Below are positions 8,395 to 16,300 of a stretch of 17,054 nt of DNA, piece after piece (the first letter of the stretch is position 1; each line of letters starts with the position of its first letter). This DNA is from an uncultured bacterium. GTDB lineage: Bacteria > Lernaellota > Lernaellaia > Lernaellales > Lernaellaceae. The stretch is from contig CAZHPN010000137.1 in NCBI GenBank assembly GCA_964534375.1, forward strand, positions 1 to 17,054, written 5' to 3'. Made by a program: the position numbers and the translations under genes. A model generated the notes under the pieces. The model was not told the origin of the DNA and did not search any database. It was given only the letters and a program-made list of their open reading frames with translations.

Positions 8395-8730
8395 TCACGT
8401 TCCTTTTTTGCCGCCCCGCTTCTGGGGCTTCGTTTGCGGGGCGTGGCGCGCAAACAGCGCCAACCCTTTTTTCGTCAACTGGTAGCCGCCCGCCCCGGCC
8501 TGTACGCTGGCCGGCAGCGCGGTAAAGCAATCGGGCCACGCAGACGGCCAAACTTGGCCGGTGCATGACCCGACGACGACTTCGCCATTTTCGCGGCGAA
8601 TCACGACGTCACAAGAGCCTTCCGCGCCGGCCGGCAGCACCGTTTTCCAAAGCTGGTCGGTCGGCACGCCGACGAGACGCCATCGCTCGATGCCTAGCTC
8701 GTCGTTCGCCGACAGCATGGTTGCGTTCAT
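8395..8730 (-). CDS. Hypothetical protein (111 aa)
   Basis: RBS GAAAAGAGGACAA-ATG of the type shared across the operon. Starts 16 nt after the DUF488 stop. Confidence 0.65.
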   Translation of the reverse strand: MNATMLSANDELGIERWRLVGVPTDQLWKTVLPAGAEGSCDVVIRRENGEVVVGSCTGQVWPSAWPDCFTALPASVQAGAGGYQLTKKGLALFARHAPQTKPQKRGGKKGT

Positions 8731-8746
8731 TTGTCCTCTTTTCCGG

Positions 8747-9232
8747 TTAGAACAAGTTTCCCTGACGCGGCCGGCGCGCGGGCTTCTCGACCTTCACTTT
8801 TTCCCCTCCCCCGACCCGCAAATGCTCGACAGTGACCGGGATTGTTATTTTCGTTCCCCATAGCTCGAACTCGACAGGCTCGCAGCCGGCCGCAATCCAT
8901 TCCGCGTAAAACTTCCGATGACAGGCGGCGGGGTCGCTCTCGGCGCACATCAAGACGATGTTGCCGCCGTCGAGAACATGCGCGCGGATTTCTTCGAGCG
9001 CGTCGATTACCTCGCCCTGGTCGGTCCACCCGAACCCGCCAAGCTGCGGGAAATGGGCGTAGCGCTCGCCGAGCAGATTTTCGAGATTGCGTTTGTTGCA
9101 ACTCGGATTATGCCTCGATCCCGGCCGCGAGCGAACGTCAACAAGCTCCCGGTCGCCAATCGCGGCGATCAGCTCGGCGGCGGGCGTCAGGCCGTGGCCG
9201 ATCGTGTAGATGGTAAAAGGCTTTCCATTCAT
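8747..9232 (-). CDS. DUF488 family protein (161 aa, start revised to ATG at 9232)
   Basis: 'IYTIGH', 'LVDVRSRPGSR', 'Y.H.PQLGG' and 'LMCAESDPAACHR' are DUF488 motifs. RBS GAAAGGA lies upstream of 9232. Confidence 0.85.
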   Translation of the reverse strand: MNGKPFTIYTIGHGLTPAAELIAAIGDRELVDVRSRPGSRHNPSCNKRNLENLLGERYAHFPQLGGFGWTDQGEVIDALEEIRAHVLDGGNIVLMCAESDPAACHRKFYAEWIAAGCEPVEFELWGTKITIPVTVEHLRVGGGEKVKVEKPARRPRQGNLF

Positions 9233-9258
9233 TTGTCCGTTCCTTTCTCGTATAGCTT

Positions 9259-9327
9259 GCCTCATCAGTGCGTCGGGAACCACCCAGGCGCAGACGGCGA
9301 CACGCTTGCGCGTGCCGTCGTTTCGGC
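9259..9327 (-). ncRNA. Hammerhead ribozyme, type II permutation
   Basis: Minus strand reads GCC-GAAA-CGACGGCACGC-GCAA-GCGUGUCGCCG-UC^UGCG-CCUGGGUGGUUCCCGA-CGCA-CUGAUGA-GGC. This gives the full core (CUGAUGA, GAAA, GUC triplet), stem II GCC/GGC, stem III with a GNRA loop and stem I UGCG/CGCA. Predicted cut between 9293 and 9292. Confidence 0.9.
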
Positions 9328-9357
9328 GGGAAAGGACGGGGGAACGTGGCGGGAGAG

Positions 9358-10377
9358 CTACATCTTGAGCGCGAAGATTTGCCGCTGATTTTCGGGTTTT
9401 TTCTCGCTGGCTTTGACGATCTTGAGCGCGGCGATCTCGCGGCCCATCGCCGCTAAGTCGCGTTCGTCTTGCTCGACACACTCGACCAATTCGGCATTTT
9501 TCGCGCGCAGATCACTGAGGCACGCCGCGACCAATTCAAAGCCCTTCGTCATTTCGGCCTGCAACCCGGCGACCATTGTTTCGACGGCCTTGCCATACTC
9601 GATGAGCTTTTGTTTGCAATGTTCGTCAACAGCGTCGAGCAGATCGTCGGCGGGAGTGCGCGCGGGGGCCGTCAAAAATTCCTTCACGGCCGCGGCGCTC
9701 ATGTCGTCCTCGATGGTCGCCGGCGCGGGCGCGGCCTTCGGCTTGAATTCATAAACGGTCGCGCCGGCCTCATTGTCGTCGTCGGTGGTCGGTTCGGTCG
9801 TCGTCATGGCGATCGGCGCCGCCTCGACAATCGCCGCCCGGTTGAGCGGCAAATTGCGCGGGTCGCTGATCGGCCAGGGCGTGCCGTCCGCGTCGAAACT
9901 GATTTTTTCCAGTTCACGAATCGCGGTCATCGCCAGATTCGACCATGTGCAACCGTCGTCGGATTTTGGGACCGTGATTTCGTGGGCCTCTTTCTTTCGG
10001 TCCCACAAGATCCCGTATTTCGCGGCGACGAACTCTTGAGCGGTCAACTCGTTTTCCGCGGTGAAAGACCGATGCACGTTGATAAAATCCGCGCCCATGA
10101 ACCGCTGTCCATCATACGGATAGGCTTCATAGTCCATCGAGTCGGTCATTCCGTCGAATGTCGTGCGGGTGAACGCATTCGTAACCTGTTCGACCAGCGC
10201 GCTCGCCGGCCCATCGGTGTAGCCGATGCTCACCGAGCAGCCGCCGCTATACTTGCTGGTCGTGACCGAAAATTTGCAGTCGGGGAAAAAATGCTTCAAC
10301 GCGAGCCGGATTTTTTTCGCGGTTTGCGTAGCATCCTCGAACGCCCATTCTTGCCGTCCTTTGTCCTGTTCGTTCAT
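9358..10377 (-). CDS. LPD29 (large polyvalent protein-associated domain 29) protein with C-terminal coiled coil (339 aa, start revised to 10377)
   Basis: 'TAKKIRLALKHFFPDCKFSV....YSGGCSVSIGYTDGP....V......F....FDGMTD' matches LPD29 as I recall it. RBS GAAAAGAGGC precedes ATG 10377. Confidence 0.8.
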   Translation of the reverse strand: MNEQDKGRQEWAFEDATQTAKKIRLALKHFFPDCKFSVTTSKYSGGCSVSIGYTDGPASALVEQVTNAFTRTTFDGMTDSMDYEAYPYDGQRFMGADFINVHRSFTAENELTAQEFVAAKYGILWDRKKEAHEITVPKSDDGCTWSNLAMTAIRELEKISFDADGTPWPISDPRNLPLNRAAIVEAAPIAMTTTEPTTDDDNEAGATVYEFKPKAAPAPATIEDDMSAAAVKEFLTAPARTPADDLLDAVDEHCKQKLIEYGKAVETMVAGLQAEMTKGFELVAACLSDLRAKNAELVECVEQDERDLAAMGREIAALKIVKASEKKPENQRQIFALKM

Positions 10378-10409
10378 CTCGTGCCTCTTTTCTTCGGGCA
10401 GTAATCGCC

Positions 10410-10447
10410 CGACCCAGGCCCGCGCCGCGGGACGTGAGCTAGGGTCG
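10410..10447 (-). repeat. Intergenic hairpin motif, copy C (diverged, covarying)
   Basis: CGACCC-UAG-CUCACGU-CCCGCG-GCGCGGG-CCU-GGGUCG, followed by the CGGGC/GCCCG hairpin and the RBS. Confidence 0.7.
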
Positions 10448-10451
10448 TCGA

Positions 10452-10871
10452 TCACACGACGAACCGTTTTTTTTCGACCATGCGAAGGGTGATTTTCTGT
10501 TGCGGCTTGCCGGCCGGCGTTTCAACGTGGCTGTCGATGACCCACGCAAGATTGTCCCAATAAACGCCGCCGATTTCTTCGACCAGCTTCGCGGGGTGCA
10601 GGTGGTATGGCCGCCGCGCCGGCTTGACCAGTTGGACGGTATAGGTGTCGTCGGCCGCCAAAAAAACGGTGACGTAGCCCTTGAACAACCGGCCGGTCAC
10701 TTTGAAACGCAGACCGCCACGCATCAGCACGCCGTCGCGCTTTTCCTCGGGCATTGCCGCGAATTCGTGCGCGCCCCAGGAACCCAGGGTCGCATTGCCG
10801 CCGACCGCGAGAATTTGCTGCTTAATCGTGTTGGCGATCTCGACCGCTCGTTGCGCCTGTTCGTTATCCAT
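10452..10871 (-). CDS. Hypothetical phage-type protein (139 aa, start revised to 10871)
   Basis: RBS AAAAAGAGGCGAAA-ATG. 'IANTIKQQI...WGA...GLRFKV....KGYVTVFL..DDTYTV...GVYWDNL...ID' resembles a widespread uncharacterised phage family. Confidence 0.75.
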   Translation of the reverse strand: MDNEQAQRAVEIANTIKQQILAVGGNATLGSWGAHEFAAMPEEKRDGVLMRGGLRFKVTGRLFKGYVTVFLAADDTYTVQLVKPARRPYHLHPAKLVEEIGGVYWDNLAWVIDSHVETPAGKPQQKITLRMVEKKRFVV

Positions 10872-10907
10872 TTTCGCCTCTTTTTGTTGGAGCATTGGAG
10901 TAATGCC

Positions 10908-10941
10908 CGCCAGGAACGCGCCGCGGGGCGTGTTCTAGGCG
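10908..10941 (-). repeat. Intergenic hairpin motif, copy B
   Basis: CGCC-UAG-AACACGC-CCCGCG-GCGCGUU-CCU-GGCG. Shares the flanks CGCGTAGTGCGCGCCTAGA and CCTGGCGGGCAT with copy A. Confidence 0.8.
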
Positions 10942-10945
10942 CGCA

Positions 10946-11323
10946 CTACGCGCTCTCGACCGGCGACGCCTCGACTTTTTCCTCGTGCAACGACGCCGCG
11001 CACTCGCTCATCACATGGGCGAACCGCTGCTCGGCGGTAAGGCCGCTCAGGTCAAGCGGCTTCTCGCCGAACACCGGCCGCGGGGCTTTCGGCTGTTCGG
11101 GTTCGCCAAACATGCTCGCGGTTTTTTCTTCGGTGTCGGTGTCGGGGCGTGCATCGGGCGGGACGACGGCGGCGAGCCGCGCAACGTCCACGTCGAAAAG
11201 CGGGCGCGCTTTCTGGCCGAAAATGTCGGCCTGTCGCGCATCGGTTTTCCTCGATCTCGCGCCGACGACAACGGCCTCGTCGCCCGCGAATAGGTCGCGC
11301 CGGGTTGTCACTGTTCTTTTCAT
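10946..11323 (-). CDS. Hypothetical, probably disordered protein (125 aa) with repeated hydrophobic-Phe motifs
   Basis: RBS AAGAGGCGAAA-ATG. The stop sits directly before motif copy B. Confidence 0.7.
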   Translation of the reverse strand: MKRTVTTRRDLFAGDEAVVVGARSRKTDARQADIFGQKARPLFDVDVARLAAVVPPDARPDTDTEEKTASMFGEPEQPKAPRPVFGEKPLDLSGLTAEQRFAHVMSECAASLHEEKVEASPVESA

Positions 11324-11342
11324 TTTCGCCTCTTGTCCTGTT

Positions 11343-11409
11343 TTGAGCGGTCAAAATCGACGCTCAAGAAAAGGCCCGAAGCACCGCGCTTCGGGCCTGA
11401 TCTTGAACG
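11343..11409 (-). terminator. Terminator-like hairpin with alternative pairings (possible attenuator or processing site)
   Basis: AGGCCCGAAGC-GCGGU-GCUUCGGGCCU-UUUCUU. The outer arms CGUUCAAGA/UCUUGAGCG extend the stem, and UUGAGCG can instead pair with downstream CGCUCAA. Confidence 0.65.
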
Positions 11410-11422
11410 GGCGGCGAGCCGC

Positions 11423-12109
11423 CTAAAACGGCACTTCGTCGTCGGTCCCTGTGCTTTGGCCGGAGTCTTGCTCTTGCGGTTGCTCTGGTGCTTGCTCTTG
11501 GCGCGCTTTTTCGCTTTCCTCGTAGTTGGCCAATTCAAGCGCAAGCTGTTCCCGCGACTCCATTTCGGCAATTCGCTCCGGTGCTCGCAAAAACGGAAGG
11601 TAATGCGTAAGGCACCCGTGAATCTCACCAAGGGCCAAACCGCCGTTAATTCGCTGGTGTTGCTCAAGGCAAATTTTCATCGCAATGAGCAATTTTTGGT
11701 CAAACGGAAGCGCGCCGATTTCCTCGCTGCTCACGTCGTAACCGTTTTCGCCGCCGACCTCGCGCAACACGTCGTTGACGGTGTTGTGCGCTTCGACGGT
11801 TTCACAATGTTCGCCCGCCGGGTCGCCGCCGTGGTAGTTTTCCCGAAAATACAGTTCGACGAACAGCATGAAGTCCCACGACCGGACTATTATCATCGGA
11901 TGGTACTCAAGATAATCAAATCCGTTGAAGTAATAGCCGTGGAACCGCGGCCCCTTTTTGCGAGGATAATAACCGGCCTCCAAGTCAGGCACGAACGCCG
12001 GTTTCTCTTTTTTCGCTTTTTTCGGTTTGCTTTCTTCGACCGGCTTTTCCTTCGGTTTCGCCTTTTGGCTGGCAACCTTGCCGGCCTTTTTGTCCTGTTC
12101 TGTGTTCAT
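11423..12109 (-). CDS. Hypothetical protein (228 aa) with Lys-rich N-terminus and SSB-like acidic tail (DDEVPF)
   Basis: RBS GAGGCAAAA-ATG. Bounded by motif copy A and the 11343-11409 hairpin. Confidence 0.75.
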   Translation of the reverse strand: MNTEQDKKAGKVASQKAKPKEKPVEESKPKKAKKEKPAFVPDLEAGYYPRKKGPRFHGYYFNGFDYLEYHPMIIVRSWDFMLFVELYFRENYHGGDPAGEHCETVEAHNTVNDVLREVGGENGYDVSSEEIGALPFDQKLLIAMKICLEQHQRINGGLALGEIHGCLTHYLPFLRAPERIAEMESREQLALELANYEESEKARQEQAPEQPQEQDSGQSTGTDDEVPF

Positions 12110-12137
12110 TTTTGCCTCGCTTTTCGGGCGATATGCC

Positions 12138-12169
12138 CGCCAGGACCGCGCTTTTGCGTGGTCTAGGCG
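12138..12169 (-). repeat. Intergenic hairpin motif, copy A
   Basis: CGCC-UAG-ACCACGC-AAAA-GCGCGGU-CCU-GGCG, followed by the CGGGC-AUAUC-GCCCG hairpin and the RBS. Confidence 0.8.
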
Positions 12170-12173
12170 CGCA

Positions 12174-12488
12174 CTACGCGCCGGCGCTTTCGCTTTTGGG
12201 TTCGTTGAGGGAGTATTGGGGCCAATCGGCCGGGGTGCTCAAATCGCCATGAATCCACGGCTTGTTACAACCGCATTCGCTAATTTCGCAGTATTCCGCG
12301 CCCTGATTTTGCCGAAGCTCGACGCTTTGCGTTTGGCGCAGTTCGGTCGCTTGCCGGCGCGACAACTCGTAAACATTTATCGCCACATCGACCGCATCGC
12401 GTCGGCTTTCTAATGCTTGGCAAAAGTCAGGCAAACAGCCGTGCGAACCGCCCATAATAATCCAGTGTGTTTTCGCCGCCTTGTTCAT
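12174..12488 (-). CDS. Hypothetical protein (104 aa), Cys/His-containing, first gene of the leftward operon
   Basis: RBS AAAAGAGGCGAAAA-ATG. Contains 'HGCLPD' and 'CEISECGC..PWIH'. Confidence 0.75.
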   Translation of the reverse strand: MNKAAKTHWIIMGGSHGCLPDFCQALESRRDAVDVAINVYELSRRQATELRQTQSVELRQNQGAEYCEISECGCNKPWIHGDLSTPADWPQYSLNEPKSESAGA

Positions 12489-12814
12489 TTTTCGCCTCTT
12501 TTGTTAGGATTTTGGCCTAAAACGCACGGAAACCATGCGTTTTAGGCCGGAATCCCGAATGGAATCCGGTCTAGGCAGAAAATGAACAGGACATTACCGA
12601 GAATCCAAAATTTCTCGGTCGCCCGCGCGTACACGGTTTCTTCGCTCTGCTGCTGAACAGCAGGCTAACGCCAAGTCGTCGCGGGTTAAGTTATTCTATT
12701 GTCAATGGGGACGGGGCGTTAACATGCTCTTGCGCGGGTGGCCTTTTTTCCTCACTGGTTAAGAATCCTATGTTCGGCCTTGCCCCTTTCGCATCCTACG
12801 GGGCAACACGCGCG

Positions 12815-13073
12815 AAGTGTTGAAAATCTCAACACTTCTTTTAAGGCTGACATTAACAACGCCCTGGCTTGTCATCTTGCTATGGACTCCCCAGGACTTG
12901 AGCAAGCCTTAAGGGTCTTGCCCTCGCCTTACTGCTTGGAAAAGAACTAACTGAACATGCGTATTATAACGTAGCTGTTAGATAATGCAAGCATTATTTT
13001 CGGTTTTTTCGTTACATTTTGTAACGTTTGTCGTTAAAGAATAGCGGCCTAAGTGTTTAGTTTTACAACACTT
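12815..13073. promoter_or_regulatory. Pair of palindromic sites AAGTGTT-N9-AACACTT (12815-12837 and 13051-13073) bracketing the promoter
   Basis: Identical 7-bp arms and identical 9-nt spacing with different spacer sequences. Confidence 0.55.
12963..12990 (-). promoter_or_regulatory. Sigma70-type promoter for the leftward operon
   Basis: Minus strand TTGCAT (12990-12985)-N16-TATAAT (12968-12963) with an A-rich upstream tract. The palindrome ATAATGC-AA-GCATTAT (12982-12997) overlaps the -35 box. Confidence 0.7.
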
Positions 13074-13076
13074 TAT

Positions 13077-13188
13077 GCGCTACCAGGGCGACCAGGGCGC
13101 TACCAGGACGGCAGGGCGCTACCAGGACGGGGCAGGGCGCTACCAGGACGGCAGGGCGCTACCAGGACGGCAGGGCGCCACCAGGACG
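13077..13188. repeat. Tandem array of about 6 copies of a 19-bp unit GCGCTACCAGGACGGCAGG
   Basis: Units start at 13077 (degenerate), 13097, 13116 (+GG), 13137, 13156 and 13175 (partial), with no spacers. Confidence 0.95.
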
Positions 13189-13329
13189 AGCAATTTACAT
13201 TACTACCCACTAAACCTAGCCGCCTCTTTCGGCAAGGTTAGTGCTGCGCCGTCTCCGGCCGCCGCAACCTTCGCGGCTTGCTCGACAAGTTTACTCAGGT
13301 GTGATTTTATCATTGGCATCGGGCATTGT

Positions 13330-16300
13330 TCACCATGACGCGGCCTTTTCAATTATTTCAATTTCACCGGTCGTCAGGCCATAAATTCTATATACGTGCT
13401 TGTCAATAGTCGCTTGCAGTTTCCACGACTCCTGCGCCCTTTCCGCACTAGCGGCACATTCGATTACACGTCTCACTAGACCAGCAATCTCCTCCTCATC
13501 ATTTTTAGAACAAACCGGCACGGAGAATGATTCAAGGTACTTCGTCTGGAAGTAGTAATAGCTGTTGTTATACGGGTTGCTAGTGTTTTTGATGAAGTAC
13601 CAGAGAACCTTGCTGTTTAGCACTCCGAGCAAAAACTCCTCCCCGATACGAGATGCACAGCCAACGAGGGAGTAACCCCCGGCATCCGGGTACCAACCCT
13701 GGTCGTCTAAGGTGAAGTGCGGCATATTCTGTAACTGAGGCGTAATAAGTTTCCTGCCATCAAACAGTCGTTTGTCCCGCGATCTATGCAGCGAAAACCA
13801 GCATTTGGGATTTGTCTTGTACTTGACCTTTTTTTCAATCAAATGCTTCTTAAAGGGCTTGAAGTAAGCGTAGGCCAATGGGAAGGCGGCCTTCATCTCT
13901 GCCTCTGTGTACGGCACCGTTTTTCCACGTTTGTCCAGGTGATGCGGATAGATGATGACTATGTCGCTCGTCAGCTTGCCGTAGCGTCTAATGTGCTCCC
14001 CTTTTACAAGCGGCTTCACAAGGCTTGCCTCGACCTCGACCTCGGCATTTGCAGCGGCCGAATAACCTACGTAGGTCTTACCTTTCCGTTCACCGCGCAA
14101 GACGAAGATATCGTCCCCGACGGTGACGATCCCTTGATAGATTCCCTTAACGATATCTGTTAAGGGCCGCGCCTGAGATTTTAGCTTCACGACGAGATCG
14201 GTGGACCCGGCGGTCTCGGTAGCCAATATCCAATGCCGACCGTCCTCCTCATACTTACGCTCGGCGAATTTTACCGCCCCAAAATCCTTCGTCGTTACGT
14301 ACTTGAATTGAAAGCAGCTGTTGTTGCGGCTGTAAAAGAATATTCCAGTGTAGGTAGTGGCCGTCTCAAAGACCTGCTCGACGCCGAATAGAACGGCTTT
14401 TTTTAATCCGCCACTCTTGTCCAAGAAGACTTTTAGGCCTCGTCCATAACCTGCTGTGAGAAACCGATGTGGATGAATCAGGCAGACGGTTCCGTTCTTA
14501 TTCATCTGGGCAAACGCAGCCTCAACGAACAACACATAAATATCGAACTTCCCTGACGCCGCCACGTACCTGGGTTTCAGGTATTGCACATACTTTGGTT
14601 CGATATTTTGAATTCTAATGTACGGCGGGTTTCCCATAAGAACGTCAAAACCATCCTTTTCACGAAAGACCTCCGAAAAGAAAAGCCGGTAATCGAAATC
14701 GACACGATGTCCGAGGGACTTCTCCGAGTGGGCTAGGATATTCTCGATGCGTCGATCAATCAGCTGTTTAAGCTTTGCCTTTCGTTCGTGGTCAGAATCG
14801 TCGAAATATTTCTCTTTGAGCGTCTCGATATCCGCTAACCCCTGTGACTGGAACGGAAAGCCCAAGAGCGAGTCGCCCGTGACGATTTTAAAATCGAGGT
14901 TCGGCAACGGTTTGATCTGCTGCACGTCTTCCTCGTCCACGACGAGCGAGAGCCAAAGCCGTAACTTGGCGATTTCGACGGCGCCAGCATCAATATCCAC
15001 ACCGTAAAGCGAGTTCTGAATCGCATGACGCTTAAAGTGGTAAGGTGTTCGTTCTGACAAACCGCTGAAATACGGATTCAACGCGGTGCGCGCACGGACA
15101 ATCTCGGTCATCATGCCGACCGGGAAGGCGCCGGAACCAATGGCGGGATCACATACCGTGATGTTCTTGAGCGCGTCGTCGAGATCGCCGGCGTATTTTT
15201 CAACGGCTGCGGGGAGTCGGCGAATGTAGCTCGCCGTGCCGTCCTTACGGGCGGTTTCATAGTGCGCAGCCTGCTCGCCTTCGAGGATGAGGGCTTCGAC
15301 TTCAACCCGCTGAATGATTCGGCCGTTCTTGTTGAGTGTGGTGTCAAGGTAGTTGATGAGGCTCTCCTGACACATATAGTGGACGATCTCGCGCGGCGTG
15401 TAGAAGGCGCCAAGTCCCTTGCGCCGGTTTTCTTCGATCAGCTTCTCGAAAACCTTGCCGAGCATTTCGGGGTCGATGGCCACGTCTTTTTCGAGAGGTT
15501 CGGCCTCGTTGACCGTGAAATTATAGCGGTCGAATACATCGAGGATGCCGGCGCCGACATCGCCGGCTGGTGACGGGTACTTGTTCGTAAAGAGCGTATT
15601 GGGCAGGTTGATCGCCGTTTTCTTCCAATCGTATCCGGCGAGCGGTTCAAACAGGCCGCCGTTGAGGAATGGTATGCGGCATTGGAAGGTCTGGCACCAA
15701 GCATCGTGGCCGCGATCCGTGGCGAGGGTGTCATAGAAAAGCGGTTCGAGGGTATCGCTGAAAAAGCACTTTTTTTCGCGCGTGGCGCGGTCGGCTAATA
15801 GACGAAGGAAATTGCGCGGGCCTTCCCCCCATTTGCCGCCCTTGGCGACGCCGAGCCAGCCCTTTTTCTGGATGAAGTAGAGGAAGACGATCTGACCGAG
15901 AAGCTTCTTGGTAAAGTCCACGGTGCTGACGCCCTTGGCCTTGAAATCGGCCCGGAGGACGGCGTTCTTCTTTACCAAAGCCTCCAAGGCGTCAAGCGCG
16001 GTTGCGAAGAGACGAGCGTATTCATTAAAAAACTCCTTCGTTACCGATTCAACGCTGAAAGCCTCCTCGATTTGGGCGAGCACCGGAACGTCGGATGTAT
16101 TTTGAAGGAGCGCGAGAAAGCGAGATTGCGCCGTATGACATTTCTCGTCGGCGCCGACCAGGTAAGAGTATCGTCGCGCCGGGGTCAATCGCTCCTCGGG
16201 CTTGATCTTGCCGGTTTTCGGATCTCGCTTCGTTTCGTATTCCATGCGGACGTATGAAAAACGCCAGGATTGCGAATCGGGCGCCACAAAGGCGACGAGG

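Noticed and set aside
9233..9481. N-terminal extension of the DUF488 ORF as given in the ORF track
   Set aside because: It overlaps the LPD29 gene and runs through the hammerhead. A good RBS and the domain start support ATG 9232.
178..12166. Long antisense or overlapping ORFs (e.g. 178-1002, 1082-1969, 2857-3900, 9469-10404, 10500-11426, 11333-12166)
   Set aside because: Shadow ORFs expected in GC-rich DNA. They lie opposite well-supported genes and show no motifs or RBS.
10410..12169. Integron attC sites
   Set aside because: The hairpins lack the RYYYAAC/GTTRRRY ends, are shorter than attC sites, and no integrase is visible.
12841..12935. Twister, twister-sister or pistol ribozyme in the leader
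   Set aside because: Fragments such as UGACAAGC, UAAUG, GAGUC and GGGCAAG occur, but not in an order that fits any permutation I could build.
13077..13188. CRISPR array
   Set aside because: Repeats are contiguous with no unique spacers, and no cas genes are present.
12738..13338. Short ORFs across the leader and tandem repeat
   Set aside because: No RBS, and the translations merely reflect the repeat or hairpin sequence.
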